Positions 28,673-38,111 of a stretch of 64,000 nucleotides of DNA are shown in pieces. Position 1 is the first letter of the stretch; every line of letters starts with the position of its first letter. A program made the translations under genes and the position numbers. Location of the stretch: positions 19,722 to 83,721 of the forward strand of contig CAZAJO010000003.1 of NCBI GenBank assembly GCA_964485575.1, in the 5' to 3' direction. Origin of the DNA: an uncultured Gammaproteobacteria bacterium. GTDB taxonomy: Bacteria; Patescibacteriota; Microgenomatia; Levybacterales; GWA1-39-11. Under the pieces are notes generated by a model. It was not told the origin of the DNA, did not search any database, and worked only from the letters and a program-made list of their open reading frames with translations.

Positions 28673-30655
28673 TTAATATCCCGCTTTGATTTCTTCCTGC
28701 GCAAATATTCCAAGCTCTTCTATTTTTTCTAAATAATTTATGACCGTGCTTACAAATTCGGAATGACTCCAGGTCAATGGTGTTGCCGACAGATGCGCAC
28801 CGGTCACTGCATCTATCTGTTCTGGAAGTATCCCAGTCGACCCGGCCTGCTTTACAACCCACGTCAAAATTTCTTTAACCTTATCAAAATCCTTCTCTTC
28901 TTTTGCGGCAATTACATAATATTGAGCCAACCACAGCGTAGTGATAATCCACGGGTTTCCCGGAACATCGTGGGATGATTTGTGGTATGCATCATTTTCG
29001 TACCGTGGAATTCCACCAACCGGAATTTTTTTAGAAATCTCCTCCATAGTTTTTATCGAAGCAACTACCATGGGATCATGTGCATCCAAAACTCTAAACC
29101 GAAAGATCCCATAAATACTTGATATATCCATTGTTTCATCATAGATTGGGTAGCCATCTTCAAAATTAACCATTTTATAAAACATTTTTTTATCTTCGCT
29201 CCATAAGTATTTTATGACAGCCTCTTTTACTTTTTCGCCAGTCGTGATGTATTTTTTTTCGTGCTCAACCTTTCCTAGTAATTTAGAGAATTTGCCGGCA
29301 GCCATGAGTGCCCCATATACACTTGATGCCGTGAATGTAGATACTCCAAATTTTTCCTCCCACAAATCATAACTTGGTTTTGGAAGACCAGTTTCTGTAT
29401 TTACATAACTTACGATAAAATCAGCAGCTTTCTTAATAAGTGAGTTATAAATTGACTCAATAAATTCAAGATCTTTAGAGAATTCATAATGCTTCCATAA
29501 TGAATAAATTACTAGCGCAGTTTCGTCTTCTTGGATAGGAAATTGAGGCTTGTTTTTATATACCCATGAATGCCATGAACTCCCCAATGACTTATCCGGC
29601 CGGTATTTATGCATGAAATAACCATCTTTTGTAATGACATCGTTACAGAAATCAAAAAACCTTTTTGCTACGTTATAATCTCCAGCCTTATCAAGAGCAA
29701 TTGCTGAAAGAGCACCATCTCGAGGCCACATGTAACTATACGCATCCCTTCCGTATTGCAGGAGCGTCGAATCACCTGAAGCAAGAATCGAACCATTATC
29801 ATCAACATGAGCCCTCAAAATCAAAAGTGATTTCTTGAAAAGATCAACTACCTCGTCCTCTAGGTGGTAGAAATTAAAGTTCCTGTTGTTGAGCCAGGCA
29901 TGCCAAAAATCCTTCGTAGTCTTTATGAGATAAGAGAGAGATCTGTCTTTTACGTATTCATTAATATCATCTGCATCCTGGATGGTTTTTGCGATTGCTA
30001 TCCAATAATCAACTGTCTTTGAAGTGTTCGGCTCTATATCAAGATAAATCCCAATAACAGAATCTGTTTTCCCATGTTCTATGGAATTTTTGGAAAGTGC
30101 TCCATCTTCAGCATCTTTGTGACTTCCTTCTTTGCCTTCTATCCCAAATATCCCGATTGTGTAATCATCAAATCCTTTGCCGTCACACTCGGTACTTATC
30201 AGAAATACACGTCTTCCTTTATAGTGGATTACGACGTTCTTTTCTAGATCGTAGTATGCGGTATCCCCTCGGTGAGACTCGTAGATTTCGAATTCATGAC
30301 TAATATACAGCTTTATTTGACGCTTATGGTCCCGAAGATTTTTGACGATTATCTGCCTCATGAAGATATTCTTTTCGTTATAAAGAACGTCTTCGAAATG
30401 TAATTCTACCCCCAATTCTTCGCTAACAGCCGTTATCTCACCTGACATCGTCTCTTCACCAGAACCGGTTGTAACATTCCATTTACTATCTGACAACCAT
30501 CCAAATTTCCCATCAACCCACACTCCTACCCTGTGACGGAATCTTCCTCCTACATGGTTTTCAAGTCCCACAAAAGGAAAATATAGGTCACGCAATTCGG
30601 CATTTTTATCAATACCAATTAGTGTGCTTCCGTTTCCAAGAACTATATCTGGCAT
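28673..30655 (-). CDS. Glycoside hydrolase family 15 protein (glucoamylase/glucodextranase-like)
   Basis: 660 aa with an N-terminal beta-sandwich and (alpha/alpha)6 architecture, located in a glycogen-gene context. Confidence 0.6.
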   Translation of the reverse strand: MPDIVLGNGSTLIGIDKNAELRDLYFPFVGLENHVGGRFRHRVGVWVDGKFGWLSDSKWNVTTGSGEETMSGEITAVSEELGVELHFEDVLYNEKNIFMRQIIVKNLRDHKRQIKLYISHEFEIYESHRGDTAYYDLEKNVVIHYKGRRVFLISTECDGKGFDDYTIGIFGIEGKEGSHKDAEDGALSKNSIEHGKTDSVIGIYLDIEPNTSKTVDYWIAIAKTIQDADDINEYVKDRSLSYLIKTTKDFWHAWLNNRNFNFYHLEDEVVDLFKKSLLILRAHVDDNGSILASGDSTLLQYGRDAYSYMWPRDGALSAIALDKAGDYNVAKRFFDFCNDVITKDGYFMHKYRPDKSLGSSWHSWVYKNKPQFPIQEDETALVIYSLWKHYEFSKDLEFIESIYNSLIKKAADFIVSYVNTETGLPKPSYDLWEEKFGVSTFTASSVYGALMAAGKFSKLLGKVEHEKKYITTGEKVKEAVIKYLWSEDKKMFYKMVNFEDGYPIYDETMDISSIYGIFRFRVLDAHDPMVVASIKTMEEISKKIPVGGIPRYENDAYHKSSHDVPGNPWIITTLWLAQYYVIAAKEEKDFDKVKEILTWVVKQAGSTGILPEQIDAVTGAHLSATPLTWSHSEFVSTVINYLEKIEELGIFAQEEIKAGY

Positions 30656-30658
30656 ACC

Positions 30659-31882
30659 TTAGTTGGGTGTGCCTGCCACTTCATGAGCTGCCTGAGCTTT
30701 TTGACTAAGTCTCAGTTGGATATCATTCAAAACATTCATAAAGGCGATAAATGCGTCATACGGAGTGTCGTAGGGGTTAAAGTATTTATGAACATCTCCA
30801 TCAGAAAACCACTTAGTACACATGTAATAGAAGTGGTCTGATGTAGTCATCTTTCTCCAGTCATGGATAAGTATCGGATCTTCTGATTTTAATACTTGTT
30901 GTTCTAACCGGAAGAGTTTTTCCATAGCATCCTTCTGTATATCATTTGACATCCATGCCGATAGATCTCTTTCAGTGTCTGCCCATGAAATATAGTATGG
31001 GATAGATAAGGTTTGGACTGCAGGAAGCGTATCAATTGCCTCAGAGGGAGTTACAAACTTATTGTGTGGATTTTTTAAAACTTCTTCTGGAAATTTCTTG
31101 AGAAATTCAAATATTCCACTGTCTTCCCACTGATGCTCACCAAATGTTTCATAGTCCATGAAAAGATTAATGACATCTCCCTGGGGAACGCTTAACCACT
31201 GCGCATACTTATCAACGGTCAGAGGGTGTTCTTTCCAGGTCTTCTCTGAAAATCTAAAGGCTACATCATCAGATAACTTGTAATTTTTTAATAAAAGCTT
31301 TAGATTTTCTGTACCAGCGGCACGGTAGATGTAATTAGGACTTTGCCATCCCAAAATTTTATCCGCTCCTTCGGTTAATATCCCTTTATATCCTAATTTT
31401 TCTACAACACTTCCTATCCAGTCGTTGTAGATAAGCTCAGTATTTCTAAATACTGTTGGAACAACTCCAAAAACTTCTTCCACTTTTTTCCTATGTAAAT
31501 TTATCTGGCTTATGTATTCTTCTTCAGAGTATAAAAATGAAAGTGAATGATAGTACGTTTCATCTAGTAACTCGACTCTTCCGGTAGCTATTAGCTCTTT
31601 AAATGATTCAATGACTTCTGGCATATATTCTTCGGCCTGCTCTATAAATACGCCTGACAATGAAAAGGCTATTTTAAACTCTGGATGCTTTTTAAGAAGA
31701 TCTAAATATGTTTTATTGGCAGGAAGATAGCATTTATTTGCAACTTTAGTAAAAACCTTTTTGTTATTAAGATCCGTTTGATCATCTGCATCGAAATACT
31801 TATTACTTCGACCAATATCAAAAATGCGGTATTTCTTTATCCTGTATGGTTGGTGTACCTGAAAGTACATGCAAATATTCAT
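30659..31882 (-). CDS. Glycoside hydrolase family 57 (alpha-amylase/4-alpha-glucanotransferase)
   Basis: 407 aa, MYFQVHQPYRI N-terminal GH57 signature. Confidence 0.7.
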   Translation of the reverse strand: MNICMYFQVHQPYRIKKYRIFDIGRSNKYFDADDQTDLNNKKVFTKVANKCYLPANKTYLDLLKKHPEFKIAFSLSGVFIEQAEEYMPEVIESFKELIATGRVELLDETYYHSLSFLYSEEEYISQINLHRKKVEEVFGVVPTVFRNTELIYNDWIGSVVEKLGYKGILTEGADKILGWQSPNYIYRAAGTENLKLLLKNYKLSDDVAFRFSEKTWKEHPLTVDKYAQWLSVPQGDVINLFMDYETFGEHQWEDSGIFEFLKKFPEEVLKNPHNKFVTPSEAIDTLPAVQTLSIPYYISWADTERDLSAWMSNDIQKDAMEKLFRLEQQVLKSEDPILIHDWRKMTTSDHFYYMCTKWFSDGDVHKYFNPYDTPYDAFIAFMNVLNDIQLRLSQKAQAAHEVAGTPN

Positions 31883-31884
31883 AA

Positions 31885-33084
31885 TTAATGTACTAATGTC
31901 TTATAAAGATTTAGAGTTTCGTTTGCTGCCGTGTCCCAAGAAAATGTCCCTACCTCATCCCTTCCGTTTGCCTGAAGCACGGACTTAAGGGACTGATATG
32001 ATATCACCGATAATATTTTGTTAGCCATCTCATCAGTGTCCCAAAAATCTACTTTCAATGCATTCTGTACTATCTCTGATACACCAGACTGCTTTGAAAT
32101 AATAACAGGTGTTCCATGAATAATCGATTCCAAAGCCGCTATACCAAATGGCTCACTTACTGATGGCATAACAAAAACATCTGCTAACTTGAAAATGCTT
32201 CTCAATTCTTCCCCTCTTAAAAATCCAGTAAATAGAACTTTATCTGAGATTCCAAGAGAAGCGGCAAGATTGATCATCTTATACTCCATATCTCCTGATC
32301 CAGCCATAACAAAAAGAACATTTTGATCATAATCTAAGACTTTTCTTGCAGCATCCAAGAAATATTCAGGCCCTTTTTGTAGAGTTATCCTTCCTGCGTA
32401 TAGAACGATTTTCTTCCCATCCATTTTAAGTTGAAATATGCGCTCATCCACCGGTTGGTTGTATTCATCTGCATTAATCCTATTGTGTATTGCATACACT
32501 TTTGACGGTGAGATACCGTAATGTTCTTCTATTATTCTTTTAGTAAGATTACTGACGCCAACCACCTTATCTGCAAGTTCCATACCTCTTTTTTCTATAT
32601 CATAGACCGCCTGATTTAGATTTTGACCACCGCATCTATCATATTCAGTTGAGTGCAACTGAACGATCAATGGTTTACCACTTACCTCCTTAGCAGCTAT
32701 TCCAGCTTCAAATGAAAGCCAGTCATGGGCATGAATCACATCAAACTCTTCTCTTTCGGCAATTTTTCGCGCTTCAAGAGCATATCTTTTTACCTCAGAG
32801 AACAAATCATTTCCATAAAGAGTAACATCCTCTTCCATTCGTGCATATTCTGCAGAGGTCAGATATGGTCTCAATGGTGAGTCAATAATGGTGACTTTTA
32901 TGTTATTGGCAAAAAGAAGCTTTAGAAAGCTTGCATCTACCTCAACTTTGCGTGGCAAAACAAATGTTATATCAACATTTTTTGCTAAAGCCTTTGAAAG
33001 TCCGTAGCATGCCACCCCAAGACCACCACTATTAAATGGGGGTAATTCCCAGCCAAACATGAGCACTTTCAATCTTTTTTCCAT
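31885..33084 (-). CDS. Glycogen-synthase-like GT-B glycosyltransferase (GT4/GT5)
   Basis: 399 aa, FGWELPPFNSGGLGV N-terminus and a C-terminal GT1-type domain. Confidence 0.6.
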   Translation of the reverse strand: MEKRLKVLMFGWELPPFNSGGLGVACYGLSKALAKNVDITFVLPRKVEVDASFLKLLFANNIKVTIIDSPLRPYLTSAEYARMEEDVTLYGNDLFSEVKRYALEARKIAEREEFDVIHAHDWLSFEAGIAAKEVSGKPLIVQLHSTEYDRCGGQNLNQAVYDIEKRGMELADKVVGVSNLTKRIIEEHYGISPSKVYAIHNRINADEYNQPVDERIFQLKMDGKKIVLYAGRITLQKGPEYFLDAARKVLDYDQNVLFVMAGSGDMEYKMINLAASLGISDKVLFTGFLRGEELRSIFKLADVFVMPSVSEPFGIAALESIIHGTPVIISKQSGVSEIVQNALKVDFWDTDEMANKILSVISYQSLKSVLQANGRDEVGTFSWDTAANETLNLYKTLVH

Positions 33085-33146
33085 ACCAGATTATTTCAGG
33101 CCATAAGCCCTCTAATTTAATTATGTAAGAAAAAATGGGTAAAAAC

Positions 33147-33217
33147 AATGACTCAAATCACAGCAAAATGACTATGAGTCATCAAGTCATTTTGCTTGCT
33201 GAATTAGCAAAATGACT
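33147..33217. promoter_or_regulatory. Operator-like repeat array in the divergent promoter between the glycogen-synthase-like gene and the patatin-like gene
   Basis: AGCAAAATGACT at 33162..33173, its exact inverse AGTCATTTTGCT at 33185..33196, a third direct copy at 33206..33217 and a partial CAATGACTC at 33147..33155. Confidence 0.4.
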
Positions 33218-33261
33218 AAAGGAGTAAGTGTAGAATTTTTCCGTATCCGTCTATACAATTA

Positions 33262-34260
33262 TTGTACATGAAAAAAGTAGTAAGAGTTCTTTCAATTGAT
33301 GGAGGTGGAGTTAGAGGGATTATTCCGGCCATAGTTCTTGCAGAAATTGAATCAAGAACTGGCAAACCGATTGCTGAACTTTTTGACCTTATTGGTGGAG
33401 CATCTACTGGTGGAATTCTAGCACTGGGCCTTACCGCTCCTGATCAGAATGGAAAACCTAAATTTACCGCTACTCAAATGGTCGATTTTTATGTATCAAA
33501 GCTTGGTAGTATCTTTTATTCTTCACTTTTCAGACGTATATTCTTTTTTCTGGATTTCTTTCGCCCTAAATATTCACCATCTGGGCTTGAAGAGAACACG
33601 GAAAAGCTCGTTGGCAACACAAAGCTCTCAGATGCGATAACAGAAGTACTCGTTCCTGCCTACGAAATAGAAAAAGGTAAGGCAGTATTTTTCAAAAGTA
33701 AAAATGTCAAAAATGACAAACAAGAAGACTTTTATATGAAAGATATAGTTCGGGCAACGTCCGCTGCACCCACTTTCTTTCCGGCCGCAAAGATCAAACC
33801 AGTTGAGGGAGAAAACACTTATTACATGATCGATGGGAGCACATTTGCCAGCGATCCCTCTATGTGTGCTTATGCTGAAGCAAAAAACATCTACCCTGAG
33901 ATGGAGAGCGTAATACTTGTCTCATTAGGCACTGGAAGACACTCAAAAACAATCCCGTATAGAAAGGCGAGACTTTGGGGCTCACTTTTTTGGGCAGTAC
34001 CAGTGTTAAATATTCTATTCGATGGCATGCCAGATACGGTAGACTATCAACTCAAAAAAATATTGAATGTCAATTCTCCCCACCAACAGTATTTCTTCCG
34101 TTTGCAAGTTGAACTTGATGGGACAAACGATTCATTGGATGATGCAAGCAGTCAGAACCTAAAAAAACTTAGAGGGCTAGCAGAAAAAATGATCGAAGAT
34201 CAGACTACTCTCATTGATGAGATGTGTAGAATACTTACAGATAAGACCTTAGGAGAGTAA
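33262..34260 (+). CDS. Patatin-like phospholipase
   Basis: 332 aa, DGGGVRG oxyanion loop and GASTGG (GxSxG) nucleophile motif. Confidence 0.8.
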   Translation: MYMKKVVRVLSIDGGGVRGIIPAIVLAEIESRTGKPIAELFDLIGGASTGGILALGLTAPDQNGKPKFTATQMVDFYVSKLGSIFYSSLFRRIFFFLDFFRPKYSPSGLEENTEKLVGNTKLSDAITEVLVPAYEIEKGKAVFFKSKNVKNDKQEDFYMKDIVRATSAAPTFFPAAKIKPVEGENTYYMIDGSTFASDPSMCAYAEAKNIYPEMESVILVSLGTGRHSKTIPYRKARLWGSLFWAVPVLNILFDGMPDTVDYQLKKILNVNSPHQQYFFRLQVELDGTNDSLDDASSQNLKKLRGLAEKMIEDQTTLIDEMCRILTDKTLGE

Positions 34261-34608
34261 TTCTATTTTTGAAGCCATAATGAAGTCATTAGTAGATAAC
34301 CCTTTGATTGCGTGAGTTGTTAAAAATATATCAACTTTATTGTAATAAATTGTAATATCTGGGTGGTGTCCTTGTTCTTCAGCCACTTCCGCTACTTTGT
34401 TCACAAAAACCATTGCTTGCCTAAAATCTTTAAATTTAAATTGTTTTTTAATTGATTTTGAGTCAGTTGAAACTTGCCAAGGAGTTTTAAGGTATGAAAT
34501 ATAGATCTTTATTTCATCACCCCTCATGGGTTCTACTCCACCCTCACAAGGAACACAGTGCCCTTTTACTAAATGAGAATTGTTCATAATATTAACCGAT
34601 TCTAGCAC
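34249..34608 (-). CDS. Pterin-4a-carbinolamine dehydratase (PCD/DCoH)
   Basis: 119 aa, EQGHHPDITIYYNKVDIFLTTH signature. Confidence 0.75.
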   Translation of the reverse strand: MLESVNIMNNSHLVKGHCVPCEGGVEPMRGDEIKIYISYLKTPWQVSTDSKSIKKQFKFKDFRQAMVFVNKVAEVAEEQGHHPDITIYYNKVDIFLTTHAIKGLSTNDFIMASKIELLS

Positions 34609-35377
34609 CCTTTGTTTTTTTGAGTCTTACCATTTTGTGCTTTATAGCTCTATGGGGATAGAACTTCTCTTTACCTATAGCAATCAATGTGTCATTGAAG
34701 ACGTCAAATTCTAATTTTTCTTCTTGTATTTTATTTGAATCAATTTCATCAAGAAGCAACAACGAACCAATAACAGTTACTGAAAATATTGCAGCCGAAA
34801 TTTGTGAAACCAATGTCTCATCACGACCAAGAAAAAGTGCACAAATTATGATAAAGCCTAATATTAATAACATCGCCCATTCGGGAGGATCGACGTCACG
34901 GGGAGCCACTTGAGCTATTTGGTTGCGGGTGGCAGGCAAATAATACATCGACTCATGCATGTAGGCAATGGCATTGGATTCAGCCTCAGTTGTAGGTTTT
35001 GCTTTTCTTAAGGGTTCAAAAATCGCAAAAAACTCCTTGTTTGTTGCTTTTACGTACTGTGTCAGAGGATACTTTATTGCTAAGATCAAATACTGCTCGA
35101 TTCTATCTTCGATTTCTTTTGCAATATCCTTTGGAAGTATCTGAGACAGATTCCACAAAGCAAGAATGCTTGCTGATTCTGCAGAGACGAGGGATTTTAA
35201 TGATGCAAAATTCTGAAGAACTACAGCTGCTTCAAAACCGTAAAAAATACCGTACAAGAAAGTGGCAGATGCTAAAATACCATCAATGTTGTCGACTTTT
35301 ACAATCGGCAAGACCATTGCAAGCCATAATAAAATTAACCCCGATAATATCAGCTTTGAAAACAAACCAAACCTCAT
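34592..35377 (-). CDS. Hypothetical integral membrane protein
   Basis: 261 aa with several hydrophobic helices and no recognisable family. Confidence 0.4.
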   Translation of the reverse strand: MRFGLFSKLILSGLILLWLAMVLPIVKVDNIDGILASATFLYGIFYGFEAAVVLQNFASLKSLVSAESASILALWNLSQILPKDIAKEIEDRIEQYLILAIKYPLTQYVKATNKEFFAIFEPLRKAKPTTEAESNAIAYMHESMYYLPATRNQIAQVAPRDVDPPEWAMLLILGFIIICALFLGRDETLVSQISAAIFSVTVIGSLLLLDEIDSNKIQEEKLEFDVFNDTLIAIGKEKFYPHRAIKHKMVRLKKTKGARIG

Positions 35378-35408
35378 ATTTTAATTAAGGATAATTTGAG
35401 GGAATAAG

Positions 35409-35993
35409 TCAAGAGTTCTGAGGTATGAATTTAAATGTCTCAAGCGCTTTATTAATTGAGGATTTGTTATTGGGAGACAACGTTTCACTGTAAAAATTGA
35501 TAAGAAAAAGTGTACCGGCTTTATCTGTACAATATTGCCTTACGTACCAAAATCTTTGACCGGAAGGTAAGGCAGGGCCGTCTAAATCTTGCTTCCAGAC
35601 AGTCTCTGTCCACTTGTTTTCACCAATTTCAAGCTGATTTTCACTTATTGGAGTTATCGGACTTGAGAAAGAAACATTTGTCTCTTTTGCCTTGAGATCA
35701 GGTCCACCAGATTTTTGAAGCTCAATAAAATCTGAGCATGTAATTTTATCCTGAGTAGTAATAAGTCCAGGAGATAGCTCCCCAATCTTTTTTTTGTTAA
35801 CGTCATAAATTGTTGATCCTTCTTGTTTCATGTCATCAGGCAATGTCATTGAATAACTATAACTGACAGTAGCAGAAGACGGAAACTCAGTGTCATCATT
35901 AATTGTTGGGGTGACGGCTTTATTTGGTCTTAGGAAATAGAATATAGCAAGAGAGACAATGACTATCAAAATTACAATCAGAATTTTTCTCAT
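35409..35993 (-). CDS. Hypothetical secreted/anchored protein
   Basis: 194 aa with an N-terminal signal-anchor (MRKILIVILIVIVSLAIFYF). Confidence 0.4.
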   Translation of the reverse strand: MRKILIVILIVIVSLAIFYFLRPNKAVTPTINDDTEFPSSATVSYSYSMTLPDDMKQEGSTIYDVNKKKIGELSPGLITTQDKITCSDFIELQKSGGPDLKAKETNVSFSSPITPISENQLEIGENKWTETVWKQDLDGPALPSGQRFWYVRQYCTDKAGTLFLINFYSETLSPNNKSSINKALETFKFIPQNS

Positions 35994-36021
35994 GAACTAA
36001 ATCAATTATACCACTCGAAAA

Positions 36022-36708
36022 CTAGATCAACATAGTTGTAGTTAAAAATCTACCTTCATTTTCCTTATTCCTGCTATCTCTGTAGTGTGAGAAGAAATTT
36101 GAATCACGAGCTGTATCAGTGGTATCAACTACAATATTTTCTGCTCTTACACCTTTAAGCAAAAGCTGCTGCATGTTCTCCCCGATAAGATCGTATCCAT
36201 TTGGATGTTCTTCAAGCATGTATGATTCTTTCTTGATTGAGGGTCCCATAAAAACTTTCAATTCATGAAGGTTGGTATCATATTCCCTTCTGAAAAAAGA
36301 TATCAGAATTTGAGAAAATCTACTTTCAGTATTTTTTCGGCTAATGTGCGCAAGACATAAAATCCCATTTGGTCTATCAAATATAATTGCTGGAATACAG
36401 TCTGCAGTAAGAAGTCCTACTGCTAGATTTTTCTCTCGGGTCACGATTGCATCGGCTTTGATAGCAGAGGCTGCCGAATTAATCCCTGTTCCCCCCAGGC
36501 TTGAGGATGCTTCAATTATTTTTGTCCCATGCTGTACTTCAATTATGATTGCTCTTTCGGTAGGAATTCTAATGTCAGTAAAAAACTTCTTCCTGTTAGA
36601 TAAAACCTCTTCACGCTCTCCATATACATAGGACATATTCCCTTCATCTTTTGTTGAGATATGGTGTCTTACAAATCTGTTTGTCAGTAATTGTGGAATA
36701 AAATACAT
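36022..36708 (-). CDS. YfiH/PgeF (DUF152, laccase-domain) family protein
   Basis: 228 aa, LLTADCIPAIIFD and LAHISRKNTES blocks of the YfiH family. Confidence 0.65.
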   Translation of the reverse strand: MYFIPQLLTNRFVRHHISTKDEGNMSYVYGEREEVLSNRKKFFTDIRIPTERAIIIEVQHGTKIIEASSSLGGTGINSAASAIKADAIVTREKNLAVGLLTADCIPAIIFDRPNGILCLAHISRKNTESRFSQILISFFRREYDTNLHELKVFMGPSIKKESYMLEEHPNGYDLIGENMQQLLLKGVRAENIVVDTTDTARDSNFFSHYRDSRNKENEGRFLTTTMLI

Positions 36709-36727
36709 GTTTGATTTATTGAAACTT

Positions 36728-36816
36728 TGTCGAGCTCTACCAAAAAGTTAGAACTCTTCTTTATTAGCTCGCCCCTTCGGGGCTCGCAATGTTTCGCGGC
36801 GTGTGCGGGCGCCGCG
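36728..36816. repeat. IR-A: 89-bp perfect inverted-repeat copy (left boundary of the accessory segment)
   Basis: It is the exact reverse complement of 47486..47574 and starts with the TGTCG core. Confidence 0.9.
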
Positions 36817-37384
36817 AGAAAGTTATCATAATTATTTTTAGCGCGCGCAGTACAAAGAAATTTTTTTATATTTGTCCTTGTCCCGCCACCCGTACGCGGA
36901 CAAATCATAATTTGAAATTATTGTATCCCTTTAAAAAAGAAAACAAACAACGTTTGTCTCATCCTATAAATCCCACCCACCCAAGAAATATTGTGGCGGC
37001 GACCCCTTCCTTTGGGCGCAGGTCGCGCTAAGGCGCAACTCGCCAAAGTTTTGCCAGTTTTTAAAACCTCTAACAATCTCTTCCGGAGAAAATTTCCATT
37101 TAATACGGAAGCGCCGTCGGAGGGGTGTCCGCTTATTCGCCCCCGCCTTTTTTATTCTATCCCTCCTGTTTTACTTTCTTTGGGAAGACACATAATGACT
37201 CGTGCCGATGCTTTCTAAGACCCGAAGGATTTGCAATCGGCACTCGTGTGGGAGAAAAATACTTTGTAAAGTTCTTCCTAAGTCAACCGCTACCAGAAAA
37301 GTATTTTTCTCTTTTTAGGGCGCAATTCCAGACGGAGCGGGGGCGGCGGAGCCGCCAGGGAAAAGAAAAAAATATTGTGGACCA

Positions 37385-37566
37385 CAGAAGAACTGTGGAT
37401 GAATTTTTGAAATCCACAGATTGCCACAGTTTAGCCTCAACCTATCCACAGCTTGTGGACATCCACAGTCCTGTGGGTTTTACAAAAAACTTGAGGCTAT
37501 TTTTTTACATGTCTTGTGGGTACCCTGTGGGTTTTTGAAGCAAGATTTCCAAAACATCAACCCACA
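37385..37566. promoter_or_regulatory. Cluster of about 11 CCACAG/CTGTGG repeats, six resembling DnaA boxes (TTATCCACA) within 2 mismatches
   Basis: CTATCCACA at 37452..37460, AAATCCACA at 37420..37428 and ACATCCACA at 37469..37477, plus reverse copies. The run includes the palindromes TGTGGACCACA and CCACAGTCCTGTGG. Confidence 0.5.
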
Positions 37567-38108
37567 GAAAAGTCGATTTTTGGAATTCCCGACTCTGCGA
37601 TATTGCGCTCTATTTGTTGTCTCATATTTTTTGCATCCTCAAATTCCTTTCCTCTGGCCGCTGTCCTCTGAAGTAAAAGATCATTGCTAATTTGAAGGTC
37701 TACTATTAAATCCGCATCGAATACAATGGTTCCAAACACAGGCTCTCCAGGCCTTACTTTCACCCGTTCTTTTGCTAATCGTTCCATAGTTCTACCAATG
37801 TCTTCTGTCCATGGTTGCTGTTCGACATACACAGTTTCTTCAGGTGTTAGTTGGGGAAATATCAACTCGTCCATATCATGCGCACCAATGATGCTTTGGA
37901 GTAGAGTGGATTTACCGGTGCAAGTAGTACCGACCACAACGACCCGTTTGTCTTTATTCAGGTCAAGCACCGCTTGGAGTTTGTTTGCCAACTCTGATTT
38001 TTCACTGGGTATTTGGGAAACTTCTCTTTTAATTTTTTCTTCAGCCCTAGCTTTAACAATTTCAATTTGTATTCTTTGTCTTCTTAATTGTTCAAAAATG
38101 TTAGGCAT
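37557..38108 (-). CDS. P-loop NTPase, probable nucleoside/nucleotide kinase
   Basis: 183 aa with VVVVGTTCTGKSTLL Walker A and a small kinase-like size. Confidence 0.5.
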   Translation of the reverse strand: MPNIFEQLRRQRIQIEIVKARAEEKIKREVSQIPSEKSELANKLQAVLDLNKDKRVVVVGTTCTGKSTLLQSIIGAHDMDELIFPQLTPEETVYVEQQPWTEDIGRTMERLAKERVKVRPGEPVFGTIVFDADLIVDLQISNDLLLQRTAARGKEFEDAKNMRQQIERNIAESGIPKIDFSVG

Positions 38109-38111
38109 AGT

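Noticed and set aside
36817-37384. tmRNA, SRP RNA or group II intron domain V as identities for the GC-rich block
   Set aside because: Hallmark motifs are missing. These are a tmRNA tag-peptide ORF and T-loop, the SRP GGAAGCAGC domain IV, and the D5 GUACGG bulged hairpin. There is also no RT ORF.
37385-37566. Interpreting the DnaA-box-like cluster as the chromosomal oriC
   Set aside because: No dnaA/dnaN/gyrB neighbourhood is present, and the cluster sits inside a mobile or invertible segment. It is kept only as an origin-like or regulatory candidate.
36684-37690. Several 74-137 aa ORFs in all frames across the GC-rich block and DnaA-box-like repeats
   Set aside because: The frames break repeatedly, composition is low-complexity, and there are no start contexts, so I treat the region as non-coding.
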